A stretch of 64,000 nucleotides of DNA from an uncultured Spirochaetota bacterium. Its GTDB lineage: Bacteria > Spirochaetota > Spirochaetia > SZUA-6 > Fen-1364. How positions within the stretch are numbered: the stretch's first letter is position 1; each line of letters begins with the position of its first letter. The notes under the pieces were generated by a model that saw only the letters and a list, made by a program, of their open reading frames with translations, did not search any database and was not told the origin of the DNA. The stretch is taken from positions 98,355-162,354 of the forward strand of contig CAVUXE010000054.1 in NCBI GenBank assembly GCA_963745235.1, read 5' to 3'. Positions 29,764 through 39,529 of this stretch are shown one piece after another. The position numbers were made by a program, and so were the translations under genes.

Positions 29764-31083
29764 ATGAAGAGGCTTTTCATATTCCTTCTCTTTGCCGTGA
29801 TTGCTTGCGCGGGAGTGTTTGCCGGTGGAAAACAAGAGCCCACGGCGGCCGACGCCAAGAAGGCCTTCGCCGGAACAAAGCTCGTCTTTGCCTGTCTGGA
29901 TACCACGAATTACAGGAAAATGGACAACTTGCTTCCCTGGCTGGAGGAAAAGACCGGGATCAATGTCGCAATGGACTACATTCCGGAAAATGCCTACATG
30001 ACCAAGCTGCAGGTGGTGCTGTCCTCCAAGACGGGGGAATACGACGTGATCTACGCCAACAACAAGATGTATCCGGTGCTCTTTCCGTCGGGCTGGATCC
30101 TTCCCCTGGACGACTTCCTGAAGGATGCCACTCTGACGAGCGCGGATTACAACTATGCCGACTTCGTGCCGAAGATCGCCCAGAATGTCATGTACAACGG
30201 AAAGATCATGGGGATTCCTTTCGGAACGGAATCGAACATCCTTTACTACAACAAGACGATGTTCAAGGAAGCCGGCTACACGACCCCTCCGAAGACCATG
30301 GCGGAAGTCTATGAATACGCCAAGAAGCTCAATCAGCCTGACAAGGGCCAGGCCGGCATCGCCATGCTGGGGACCCGTGAGGGCAACGTGAACGGCTATG
30401 GCTGGATCATGCTCTGGCTCTCCCTCGGCGGGAGCTGGACGCCTGCCAACGGACCGAAGTACGCGGTCCTTGCCAATCCCGAGGCCATCAAGGCAACGGA
30501 GATGTGGACGGACATGCTGACGAATTACGGCCCCAAAGGCATCTCGAACTTCGGCTGGAACGAGCTCTACCTCTCCATGCAGCAGCGCAAGGTGGCTATG
30601 GTCATCGCCACCACGAAGGACTATCCCATCTTCGTGGACCCGAGCAAGTCGAAGATCGGCAGTGAGCTGGGCTACGCCTGCATCAAGGGAATTGGAGACA
30701 GCTACACGGTGGGCAACATCGGAGCATGGCTCATGCCCTCCTCCGGCAAGAACCTGAAGGCTGCCTGGGCCGCCCTGCAGATGTTGACGAGCAAGGAGGC
30801 GCAGACCAAGCAGGTGCAGGAGAAGGACCTCGTCGATGTCACGCGGCAGTCGGTCATCGACTCGCAGGTGTTCGGAAGCAAGTATAGTCCCGAGTGGGCA
30901 GCCGCCTCCAAGGAGGCTTTTGCGCATGGGAACGTCGAGTATACGCCGCTCATTCCGCAAGGCGGGCAGATCAGGGAGTACCTCGCCATCGCGCTTTCCA
31001 AGTGTCTCTCCGGGCAGGCAACGCCCAAGGAAGCAATGGAAGAGGCGAACGCCAATGTAGTGACGCTCCTGAGCGGGAATTAA
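29764..31083 (+). CDS. Sugar ABC transporter substrate-binding protein
   Basis: MKRLF...FAGGKQE N-terminus, NGKIMGIP and YYNKTMF. Confidence 0.93.
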   Translation: MKRLFIFLLFAVIACAGVFAGGKQEPTAADAKKAFAGTKLVFACLDTTNYRKMDNLLPWLEEKTGINVAMDYIPENAYMTKLQVVLSSKTGEYDVIYANNKMYPVLFPSGWILPLDDFLKDATLTSADYNYADFVPKIAQNVMYNGKIMGIPFGTESNILYYNKTMFKEAGYTTPPKTMAEVYEYAKKLNQPDKGQAGIAMLGTREGNVNGYGWIMLWLSLGGSWTPANGPKYAVLANPEAIKATEMWTDMLTNYGPKGISNFGWNELYLSMQQRKVAMVIATTKDYPIFVDPSKSKIGSELGYACIKGIGDSYTVGNIGAWLMPSSGKNLKAAWAALQMLTSKEAQTKQVQEKDLVDVTRQSVIDSQVFGSKYSPEWAAASKEAFAHGNVEYTPLIPQGGQIREYLAIALSKCLSGQATPKEAMEEANANVVTLLSGN

Positions 31084-31171
31084 GAGCGCGCGGGACTCCA
31101 ATCCAACCTGGATGTGCGGGAAGGGGCGCGCGCGCGGCCCCTCCCGCCCGTCCGCATCGAGGAATCAGCGA

Positions 31172-32086
31172 ATGGCCATGGAGACGCATCGAAGGAGCAG
31201 CCATTTCCTGCAGGACAGGAGGTACTTCCTCATCCTGATGGGACCGCCGTTCGCGATCATCTTCCTGCTCACAATCGTTCCCATCGCCTACAGCCTCGTG
31301 TTGAGCACGTGGAAGATGAACCTTGCCATGCCGGGCACCGATCGGTTCGTCGGGCTGGGAAACTACGCGAGGATGCTGACGCGGGACCCCAATTTCTGGA
31401 CCATCATGCGCAACACCGTGGTCCAGGTGTTCGGCACCGTGAGCCTGCAGATCGTGATCGGCCTGTTCCTGGCGTTGCTTTTCGCGCGCGAGGCCCGGGG
31501 CATGCGCGTTGCGCGCTCCCTCCTCATGGTGCCGATGATGGCAACCCCGGTCGTCATTGGCGTGATCTGGAGATTCATGGTCAACCCGGATTTTGGCATC
31601 GTCAACTATCTTCTCTCGCTCCTGCGGATCCCCGGGCCTGACTGGCTGGGCAAGCCGGGCCTCGCCATGACGACCATCATTGCCGCCGATGTGTGGCTCT
31701 CCACGTCGTTCGTGACCATCATCATGATTGCCGGCATCTCCTCGCTGCCCAGTGAGCCCTTCGAGGCGGCAACGGTGGATGGCGCTTCACCCTTCACGAC
31801 GTTCATCTACATCACGCTTCCGCTCCTGTCTCCCGTGATCTGGGTTGCCGTCATGTTCCGGTTGATCGATGCGTTCAAGCGCTTCGACTCCATCTACATC
31901 ATGACAGCGGGCGGCCCCGGCAACGCAACTGAGACGCTCAATCTCTACGCCTACAACAACGCGTTCAGCTACCTCGATACCGGTTACGCGGCCTCCCTTG
32001 CGATGTTTCTCTTCTTTATTATTGCCCTGCTCAGCGTCGTGACCATCCAGCGCGTGCGTGTCTCAGGGGTCGAGGGGAACGTCTGA
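31172..32086 (+). CDS. Carbohydrate ABC transporter permease
   Basis: FVGLGNY, EAATVDGAS, MTAGGPG and GYAASLA. Confidence 0.93.
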   Translation: MAMETHRRSSHFLQDRRYFLILMGPPFAIIFLLTIVPIAYSLVLSTWKMNLAMPGTDRFVGLGNYARMLTRDPNFWTIMRNTVVQVFGTVSLQIVIGLFLALLFAREARGMRVARSLLMVPMMATPVVIGVIWRFMVNPDFGIVNYLLSLLRIPGPDWLGKPGLAMTTIIAADVWLSTSFVTIIMIAGISSLPSEPFEAATVDGASPFTTFIYITLPLLSPVIWVAVMFRLIDAFKRFDSIYIMTAGGPGNATETLNLYAYNNAFSYLDTGYAASLAMFLFFIIALLSVVTIQRVRVSGVEGNV

Positions 32087-32088
32087 AG

Positions 32089-32925
32089 GTGAACCTGCAT
32101 AGACTGAGGGGCGCAATCGCCAGGGCCTCCCTCGGGGCCTTCGCGTGGCTCGTGGTGTTCGTCGCCGTGGCGCCGCTCCTGTGGTTCGCCGAGATCGCGT
32201 TCAAGCCGCAGGTGCTGGCCTGGGCCATGCCGCCAAAGTTCATCTTCGTGCCCACGTTCGAGAACTTCCTCGGGATTTTTGCGCGCGGCAGCCGATTCCT
32301 CGGCGCATATATGAACAGCGCCATCGTCTCGGTCTTCACGACCTCCCTCTCGCTTGTCCTGGGGGTTGCCGCGGGCTACGCCCTCGCGCGGAGCACGTTC
32401 AGGTTCACCCGCTACATGGGCGTCTGGATCATCCTCACGCGCATGGCACCGCCTATGATCTTTCTGCTTCCATTCTACAACATGCTTCGCATCCTGCACC
32501 TGAGCGGCACGTACGCTGGTATCATCATCACGTACATGGTGATCACGCTCCCGTTCGTGACGTGGATGATGTCGAGCTACTTCCACACCATCCCGGAAGG
32601 GATTGAGCAATCCGCGATGATCGACGGGTGCAACCGGATCCAGGTGTTGTTCAGAATCGCCGCCCCCATATCGCTGCCCGCCATCGTGACGTGCACGATA
32701 TTCTCTTTCATCTATTCCTGGAACGAGTTCCTGTTCGCGCTGGTGGTGACCGGGCGGAACACCAAGACCGTCCCGATCATGATCCAGGGCTTCATGTCCT
32801 CCGAGGGAATCGAGTGGGGCCTCCTGGCCGCGACGTCGATCATGGTCATCCTGCCAGTGCTGATCGTGGCGCTTGTGAACCAGAGGGGTTTCGTCCGCGG
32901 CCTGACCGGTGGTGCAATAAAGTGA
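32089..32925 (+). CDS. Carbohydrate ABC transporter permease
   Basis: AGYALAR, EQSAMIDGC and SWNEFLFALV. Confidence 0.93.
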   Translation: MNLHRLRGAIARASLGAFAWLVVFVAVAPLLWFAEIAFKPQVLAWAMPPKFIFVPTFENFLGIFARGSRFLGAYMNSAIVSVFTTSLSLVLGVAAGYALARSTFRFTRYMGVWIILTRMAPPMIFLLPFYNMLRILHLSGTYAGIIITYMVITLPFVTWMMSSYFHTIPEGIEQSAMIDGCNRIQVLFRIAAPISLPAIVTCTIFSFIYSWNEFLFALVVTGRNTKTVPIMIQGFMSSEGIEWGLLAATSIMVILPVLIVALVNQRGFVRGLTGGAIK

Positions 32926-33866
32926 AGCGATACGAGATCCTGTGCGTCGGCATAGCGAACATGAGCATAACGCTCCGGCCCGTCACTCCCGAGGTCTTCG
33001 GCGTGGACGTGACGCTGATCGACCCCATCGAGGTGCGCTCGGGTGGAGACGCCCTGAACGAGGCGCTCACGGCGTCACGCATGGCAAACCGGGTGGGGCT
33101 CGTCACAAAGATCGGAGCGGACCTTTTCGGTCGCCTCCTGCTCGAGGAGGCGCGGGAAGCGGGTGTCGACACGGCCCCCGTAATAATCTCCGATGCCGAC
33201 AGGACGGCCGCGGCGGGTCTGCTGGTCAGGGAAAACGGAGACCGCACCATCTGCGCCTGCCGCGGCGCCCTGGAAACCTTTTCTCTGCAGGACCTGGACC
33301 TCTCCGTTTTCGACAACGCGAAGATTGTCGCCATTGGAAGCATGTTCGCCCTCAAGAAGCTCGATGGCCACGGTATGCGGGCAGTCCTGGAACGCGCCCG
33401 CACCGCCGGCGCCGTGACCACCGCGGACACGAAGTTCGACGCCTACAAGATAGGCTTTGAGGGGATCAGGAAGACGTGTCCGTTTATCGACTTTTTCCTT
33501 CCCAGCTACGAGGAAGCCTTGTACCTGACCTCGGAACGGGAGCCCTCGCGCCAGTGCGACGTGCTCATTGGCGCCGGCTGCGGGAACGTCCTCATCAAAA
33601 TGGGTCCGCAGGGATGCTTCCTTGCGACAACAGGCAAACGCGCGCAGATTCCGCCCTGCCCCGCGCGCTGCGTGGACACAACCGGCGCGGGTGACAACTT
33701 CGTTGCCGGCTTCCTCACCGGCTTGAACCGCGGCATGCCGCCCGAGGAGGCCGCGAGATTGGGCAGCGGCACAGCAGCGGTGAGCATCCAGGAAGTGGGA
33801 TCGAATGGCGGGGTGAGAAGCTACGACCAGGTTGTGGAGCACATGCGCTCGGTGGGGTACGCATAG
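32922..33866 (+). CDS. PfkB-family carbohydrate kinase
   Basis: GGDALNEA, IGADLFG, PSYEEA, IKMGPQG and VDTTGAGDNFVAGF. GTG start overlaps the permease stop. Confidence 0.93.
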   Translation: MKRYEILCVGIANMSITLRPVTPEVFGVDVTLIDPIEVRSGGDALNEALTASRMANRVGLVTKIGADLFGRLLLEEAREAGVDTAPVIISDADRTAAAGLLVRENGDRTICACRGALETFSLQDLDLSVFDNAKIVAIGSMFALKKLDGHGMRAVLERARTAGAVTTADTKFDAYKIGFEGIRKTCPFIDFFLPSYEEALYLTSEREPSRQCDVLIGAGCGNVLIKMGPQGCFLATTGKRAQIPPCPARCVDTTGAGDNFVAGFLTGLNRGMPPEEAARLGSGTAAVSIQEVGSNGGVRSYDQVVEHMRSVGYA

Positions 33867-33871
33867 GAAGG

Positions 33872-34729
33872 ATGACTGTGAAGAAGCAAAACCTGAAGGA
33901 AGAGCTGCGGAAGGCCGAACAAGGCGGGTATGCCGTGCCCGCGTTCAATTTCAACGACGTCTGGGACCTGACGGCCATCATCAAGGCCGGGGAAGACCAG
34001 CGCTCACCGATCATGGTGATGGCAATCCCCCGGGTCGTGGAATGCCTGGGGCGGGAGACGTGCACGGCCATGGCGCTTGCGGCGGCCGAGGCCGCCTCCG
34101 TGCCGGTGTTCCTCCATCTGGATCACTGCAAGGATGTCGGCTTCTGCAAGATCGCCGTGGACCTGGGTTTTCCCTCTGTGATGCTGGACGCCTCTGCTCT
34201 GCCCCTGGAGCAGAACATTGCCATGGTGAAGGAAGTCTGCCAGTACGCCTCCGCCCGCGGCGTTTGTGTGGAGGCGGAGCTGGGCCGGGTCAGCAACGGC
34301 AACGACGCGGGAAACTTCGACGGAGAGGGCTTCATGATACAGGTGGATGAGGCGCTGCGCCTGGTGCGGGAAACAGGGGTAGACTCCCTGGCCGTCGGAA
34401 TTGGAACCGCGCATGGCTTCTACAAGGCCAGGCCGAGGATCCGCTTCGACCGTCTCCGGGAGGTGAACGCCGCCGTGGAAATCCCTCTCGTGCTGCACGG
34501 CGGGACCGGCATCCCCATCGAGGACTTCCACCGCGCAATCGAGAACGGGATCGACAAGGTGAACATCGGGACGGCACTGCGAAGCGCGTACGTCATGGGA
34601 CTGAAGCCGCTTCTGGCCGCGGCGGAGCCGACGAGCCACCCGCTCGACATTCATGCGAAGGCGCGTGAAAGTGTAACCCTCGCGGCAATTGAAGGGATCC
34701 GCTCCGTCCGCGCCAACGGCAAGGCGTGA
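33872..34729 (+). CDS. Class II ketose-bisphosphate aldolase
   Basis: YAVPAFN, LHLDH, SVMLDAS, VEAELG, GTAHG, LVLHGGTG and KVNIGT. Confidence 0.93.
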   Translation: MTVKKQNLKEELRKAEQGGYAVPAFNFNDVWDLTAIIKAGEDQRSPIMVMAIPRVVECLGRETCTAMALAAAEAASVPVFLHLDHCKDVGFCKIAVDLGFPSVMLDASALPLEQNIAMVKEVCQYASARGVCVEAELGRVSNGNDAGNFDGEGFMIQVDEALRLVRETGVDSLAVGIGTAHGFYKARPRIRFDRLREVNAAVEIPLVLHGGTGIPIEDFHRAIENGIDKVNIGTALRSAYVMGLKPLLAAAEPTSHPLDIHAKARESVTLAAIEGIRSVRANGKA

Positions 34730-34767
34730 CGCATGGTTCCGAACGTCCTGAAAGAAGGAGTCTCATC

Positions 34768-35397
34768 ATGAAGATAGCCGTCGTCACGGAAGTCAGCACA
34801 AAAGAGAAGAACGCCTCTGTGCTCTCGGCGCTGGAAAACCGGGGCCACGAGGTATTCAACCTCGGCATGAAGTGCGTCGCGGGGGAGCCCGAGCTCACCT
34901 ACATCCACACAGGCTTCCTTGGCGCGGTGCTCCTGGGCGGGGGTTGCGTGGACCTGGTCGTCGGAGGGTGTGGCACGGGACAGGGCTTTCTCAATTCCGT
35001 CCTGCAATACCCGGGCGTCTGCTGCGGCTTGATTGAGAGCCCGTTGGACGCGTGGCTTTTCGCTCAGATAAACGGCGGCAACTGCGTCTCCCTGGCCTTG
35101 AACAAGGGCTTCGGCTGGGCGGGGGATATCAATCTGAAGCTCATTTTCGATCAGCTCTACAGCGTCGAATGGGGCCTCGGCTACCCTGCGCCTCGAAAGG
35201 AATCACAGCAGCGCTCGCGGGCCGCGCTGCAAGGGCTGTCTCGCGTGACTCACATGCCCCTCCCCCGGATCGTGGAGTGCGCCGAGGACTCCGTGGTGCG
35301 GCCTGCCCTGTCCTTCCCCGGAGTCCTGGACTTCCTCTCCGCGCGTGCGTGCGCCGAGGTGCGGACCGCCTGCCAGAAGAGGCATGCCGCGCCATGA
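34768..35397 (+). CDS. RpiB/LacAB-family sugar isomerase with C-terminal extension (DhuI-like)
   Basis: LTYIHTG, GGCGTGQG, DAWLFAQINGGN, KGFGWAG and GYP. Confidence 0.85.
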   Translation: MKIAVVTEVSTKEKNASVLSALENRGHEVFNLGMKCVAGEPELTYIHTGFLGAVLLGGGCVDLVVGGCGTGQGFLNSVLQYPGVCCGLIESPLDAWLFAQINGGNCVSLALNKGFGWAGDINLKLIFDQLYSVEWGLGYPAPRKESQQRSRAALQGLSRVTHMPLPRIVECAEDSVVRPALSFPGVLDFLSARACAEVRTACQKRHAAP

Positions 35398-36419
35398 GAA
35401 ACAACGCCGTTGTCATCGACAAGCCCAACGAAATTGCCATGCGGGATATCGGTCTGGGAGAGCTGCCGCGGGGCTCGGCGCGGATTGCAGTCAAAGCCAT
35501 TGGCATCTGCGGATCAGACATCAACTATTTCAAGGGGAGCGCGCAGACGAAGATCCCTTACCCTCTCATCATGGGCCATGAGGTCAGCGGAGAAGTAGTT
35601 GAGCTCAATGAGGAAGGGAGCGCTTTCGCAGTCGGAGACCACGTGATCCTGTCTCCCTATTCTCCCTGCGGTCACTGTTACCCCTGCTCCATTGGCCGCT
35701 CGAACTGCTGCATCGACATCAAAGTCTACGGCACGCACATAAACGGCTGCGCCATGGAGGTGTGCGCCCACCCCGTTCGTTGTCTCGCGAAGGTGCCCAG
35801 GGACATGCCGTGGACCAAGGCGGCCATGGCCGAGCCCTTCGCCATTGCGCTGCACGGGGTGGCACGGCTTCGCCTGGCCGCCGGAGAGCACGTCGTGATC
35901 ATCGGGGCTGGAGCCATCGGATCCCTGTCGGCCATGGCAGCGCTTTCCACAGGCGCCATCCCCATCATGCTGGACATCGCCGATTCCAAGCTGAAGCGGG
36001 CAACAACGTACGGGGCGCAATTCACCGTCAATACGCGGACAGAGGACGCGGTGGCACGAATACGGGAGATCACGCACGGCCGGATGGCGGAGGCCGTCAT
36101 GGAGGTTTCCGGTGCGAACGAGGCGGTCGTGAGCACGCTGGACTACGTGGCAAACGCGGGCCGCATCATCCTCACGGGATGGGCCAAGTCCCCGCTGATG
36201 CTCGACACACGGCTCATCACGCGGAAAGAAGTAGACGTCCTCGGCCAGCGCAACACAGATCTGGCGGAGATCTCCCGGGCAGCGCAGCTGATTGCCGCCG
36301 GCACCGTTGACGTCATGTCCATCGTCACGCGTACCGTGCGTTTCGATGAGATGGCGGGGACTGTCGCGCACATGGCTGAGCATCCGGAGGAAAACATCAA
36401 GGTGATGGCTACGCTCTGA
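35394..36419 (+). CDS. Zinc-dependent sugar/polyol dehydrogenase
   Basis: GICGSD, GHEVSG, CGHCYPC..G..NCC, AEP and GAGAIG. Confidence 0.92.
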   Translation: MRNNAVVIDKPNEIAMRDIGLGELPRGSARIAVKAIGICGSDINYFKGSAQTKIPYPLIMGHEVSGEVVELNEEGSAFAVGDHVILSPYSPCGHCYPCSIGRSNCCIDIKVYGTHINGCAMEVCAHPVRCLAKVPRDMPWTKAAMAEPFAIALHGVARLRLAAGEHVVIIGAGAIGSLSAMAALSTGAIPIMLDIADSKLKRATTYGAQFTVNTRTEDAVARIREITHGRMAEAVMEVSGANEAVVSTLDYVANAGRIILTGWAKSPLMLDTRLITRKEVDVLGQRNTDLAEISRAAQLIAAGTVDVMSIVTRTVRFDEMAGTVAHMAEHPEENIKVMATL

Positions 36420-36440
36420 AGAGGTGCGTCGCGGAAGGGG

Positions 36441-38513
36441 ATGAGGATGACATCGGCTGAGGTCATGGAGCATGTATACCGCCAGGGCGTTTTGCAGCTC
36501 CTGGCGATCAAGGATTCGGATGTCCGCATACTGACGCTCGAGCAGGGCCGTGACGCAGCCGACAAGGGGATCCATATCGGCGGGGCTTTCAGCGCTGTGA
36601 TCCCCCTCGTGAGCCTGTACTACGGGGGAATCATCCGATTCGACGTGGAGCAGCCTGCGCGCGTGGGTCAGGACATGTTCGTCCTGAGCAAAGGACATGC
36701 TGTGGCGTCCATGGCATCTATTTACGCGGACCTGGGCTACTTCGACGCTTCGATCCTCAAAGGGTCGCGGTCCGCCGAAAGCATCCTGAACGGCCACCCG
36801 GGTCCCATCCTGCCGGGCGTTCACATCTCCACGGGACCTGAAGGCCACGGAATGCCCGTTGCGCAGGGCTTTGCCCTCGCAGGACGGCTGATGCCCCCCT
36901 TCGATGTATACTGCCTCACGGGGGACGGGGAAATGCAGGCGGGCATGATCTGGGAAGCCGCCATGTATGCCGGGGCCAGGCACCTGGATAACCTGTGCGT
37001 CCTGGTGGACAAGAACGAAGGCCAGCTCGACAACCCGAAGGTCCTGCAGTTCCCGATGCCGCACCTCGGCCGGATGCTGGAATCTTTCGGATGGCGGGTG
37101 CTCGATATCGACGGGACGCAGTACGACCCTGTGCTGGGGGCGCTGGAGGCTTTCCGCAACGGAGGCCGCGACGGGCGGCCCACGGCCATCGTCTGCAATT
37201 CGCGCAAAGGCTGGGGAGGATTCTCCAGCTTCATGGTGGGGCACAAGATCGAGCTGCCGGACGCTCTGGCCGGCCAGGAGATCAGCCTCCAGCAGGAACG
37301 GCGGAAAGCCCGCGCTGCGCTTTTCATTCAGCACCTGGCCCATCTCGACAATGCCGAAACGCGCAGCCGGCTGCTCACGCGGGCCGCTGCCATGCGCCTG
37401 GAGGTGGATGAGCGTGCCGGGGAGGTGCGCTCGGTTGCAATGCACGTTCTCACGCGCAAGGCAGGGGCACGCGACAAGCGCGTGCCCTATGACGAATCCA
37501 GCCTGCCGAAGCTCGAGGTTGGGCAGGAAGCCACCACGAGCGTTGTCATCACACAAGCCATGAAGGTGTTTGCGGTTGGGGGACGCGTTGTTTCCGTGGA
37601 TGCGGACCTGGGAACCACCAGCGGCCTTGAGGCGGGAGTCGGCTACGCAGACCAGAGCAAGGCGCTGAACGTCGGGGTGGCTGAGTCGAACATGAGCTGC
37701 ATCGGCGAAGCGTTTGCAGTGTTGGGCTACAACACGTGGGTCAGCACGTTCTGCCCGTTCTTCGACTGGCGCGTCCTTCGCCGGATCGCAATCAATTATC
37801 AGGAACGCAAGGAAGCGATAGCCGCGGGGAGCTGGTTGTCCGAAGGCCATAATGTGGACCTCACCTTCCTGGCCACCGCGAGCAATTTCGAGACCCGTAC
37901 GAACGGCGCCACCCACATGGGCAACGACGACACGCAGGTGTTCGGGCAGATTGCGCACATCAAGGTCGTGGACACGTGCTGCCCCAACCAGGTGCTGGCC
38001 GCCATGAAGTGGATCATGCAGGGAAATCGGGGGCTCGTGTACCTCCGGATCATGCGCGCACCGTCGCCCGTCCTGTATCCTCCGACCGCGACCTTCGAAT
38101 ACGGAAAAGGCACCTGGCTGCGCGGTGACGAACACGCCGCTGCTTTCCTCGTTTCAAGCGGCCGCGGTGTCCACGAGGCGCTCCAGGCAGCCACTCTTCT
38201 GGAGAGCTCGGGGATCAGGGTCGGCGTGGTGGACATGCCTTCTTTCGACGAGAGTCTCATGACAAAGCTCTACGACTCGGGCAAACCCACCTTCATCGCG
38301 GAGCAGAACAACGGCTTCCTGTGGTCGCAGACGCGGGACGGTTTGTTTCGTTCCCAAAGGATCGCCGGTGCCGGCAAGCTCATCCCGATCAACACGCTGG
38401 ACGCATCAGGGCGGCCGCAGTTCATCCATTCCGCAACCTACCCCCAGTTGCTGGAAGCCTTCCGGCTTTCGCCGAAACTGGTGGCTGACGAGGTTCGGAA
38501 GCTTCTGCCATAG
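36441..38513 (+). CDS. Transketolase-family ThDP enzyme (single chain)
   Basis: FVLSKGHA, GHP, TGDGEMQAGMIWEA...N, DADL, VGVAE and VYLR. Confidence 0.9.
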   Translation: MRMTSAEVMEHVYRQGVLQLLAIKDSDVRILTLEQGRDAADKGIHIGGAFSAVIPLVSLYYGGIIRFDVEQPARVGQDMFVLSKGHAVASMASIYADLGYFDASILKGSRSAESILNGHPGPILPGVHISTGPEGHGMPVAQGFALAGRLMPPFDVYCLTGDGEMQAGMIWEAAMYAGARHLDNLCVLVDKNEGQLDNPKVLQFPMPHLGRMLESFGWRVLDIDGTQYDPVLGALEAFRNGGRDGRPTAIVCNSRKGWGGFSSFMVGHKIELPDALAGQEISLQQERRKARAALFIQHLAHLDNAETRSRLLTRAAAMRLEVDERAGEVRSVAMHVLTRKAGARDKRVPYDESSLPKLEVGQEATTSVVITQAMKVFAVGGRVVSVDADLGTTSGLEAGVGYADQSKALNVGVAESNMSCIGEAFAVLGYNTWVSTFCPFFDWRVLRRIAINYQERKEAIAAGSWLSEGHNVDLTFLATASNFETRTNGATHMGNDDTQVFGQIAHIKVVDTCCPNQVLAAMKWIMQGNRGLVYLRIMRAPSPVLYPPTATFEYGKGTWLRGDEHAAAFLVSSGRGVHEALQAATLLESSGIRVGVVDMPSFDESLMTKLYDSGKPTFIAEQNNGFLWSQTRDGLFRSQRIAGAGKLIPINTLDASGRPQFIHSATYPQLLEAFRLSPKLVADEVRKLLP

Positions 38514-38559
38514 GAATTGAGGCGCGAACGGCGAGAAGACCTATGCATGGTTCTCCGAG

Positions 38560-38892
38560 ATGCTGGAGCAGATAGACGCCCTTCGCCTGAAGCTCCTGGA
38601 GATCCACATCTACCTCACCGACACCAGGATCAATTCCACCACCGGGCTGCTCAAGATCGGCATGGATCTGGTGCACGGAGCCACCAGAAAGGACTTGCTC
38701 ACCGGCCTCTCGTCCCGAACGAGCTTCGGGCAGCCGGGACTGGGACCAGGTCTTCTCCCGCATTGCCTCCGAGCACCCGTACAGCCGCACGAATGTCTTC
38801 TTCTGCGGCCCGTACCCCCTCGGCAGGATCGTGCGGTCAGCGGCGCGCCGGGCGGGATTTCACTTCCGGATGGAGCAGTTCTGATCGGCTGA
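38560..38892 (+). pseudogene. Possible degenerate remnant of a GGDEF-type gene
   Basis: Helical segment followed by KDLLTGLSSRTSF, resembling the DxLTGLxNRxxF GGDEF entry motif. No GGDEF core follows. Confidence 0.25.
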
Positions 38893-38977
38893 CCCCCCTG
38901 ACCTTGCCCTTCCTCTGCAGTCCCTGCTACGCTTGGCGTCGGAGCCTCGTCACGGGAGGCGCGCCGGAGGTGTCGGA

Positions 38978-39520
38978 ATGAAACCACGAGGTCCGTTGAT
39001 GATCGAGCACCGTCTCATAGAGAAAATGCTTGGCATCATCGCGCAGGAGGCGGAAAGGATCCGCGGTGGCGGAAAGGTCGATCCTTTGTTCATCGATTCC
39101 GCCGTGGACTTCATACGAACGTATGCGGACCGCACGCATCACGGAAAGGAAGAGGATATTCTCTTTCGGGAGCTCGGGCAGAAAGCTCTCAGCGGGAAGG
39201 ACGCCAAGGGGATGACCGAGCTGGTGGAAGAGCACCGGCAAGCCAGGGAAAAGGTGAGATCTCTCGTGGACGCGAAAGAGCGCTTTCTGGGGGGCGAGAC
39301 GGCGGCCGTCAGGGAAATCATCGCCATCATGGAATGGCTGGCCGGGTTCTACCCCGGGCACATCCGCAAGGAAGACAGTGACTTCTTCCCGCGGACAGAG
39401 GGCTACTTCAGCGCCGAGGAGTTGAAAGTGATGCTCGAGTCGTTCCGGGATTTCGATCGGAAGATGATCCATGAAAAATACGAAAACCTCGTGAAGGCCT
39501 GGGGAGCCGCGCGAAAGTAG
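38978..39520 (+). CDS. Hemerythrin/HHE cation-binding domain protein
   Basis: LMIEHRLI, DRTHHGKEEDILF, EEH and HIRKED..FFP. Confidence 0.92.
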   Translation: MKPRGPLMIEHRLIEKMLGIIAQEAERIRGGGKVDPLFIDSAVDFIRTYADRTHHGKEEDILFRELGQKALSGKDAKGMTELVEEHRQAREKVRSLVDAKERFLGGETAAVREIIAIMEWLAGFYPGHIRKEDSDFFPRTEGYFSAEELKVMLESFRDFDRKMIHEKYENLVKAWGAARK

Positions 39521-39529
39521 CGGCCGGCT

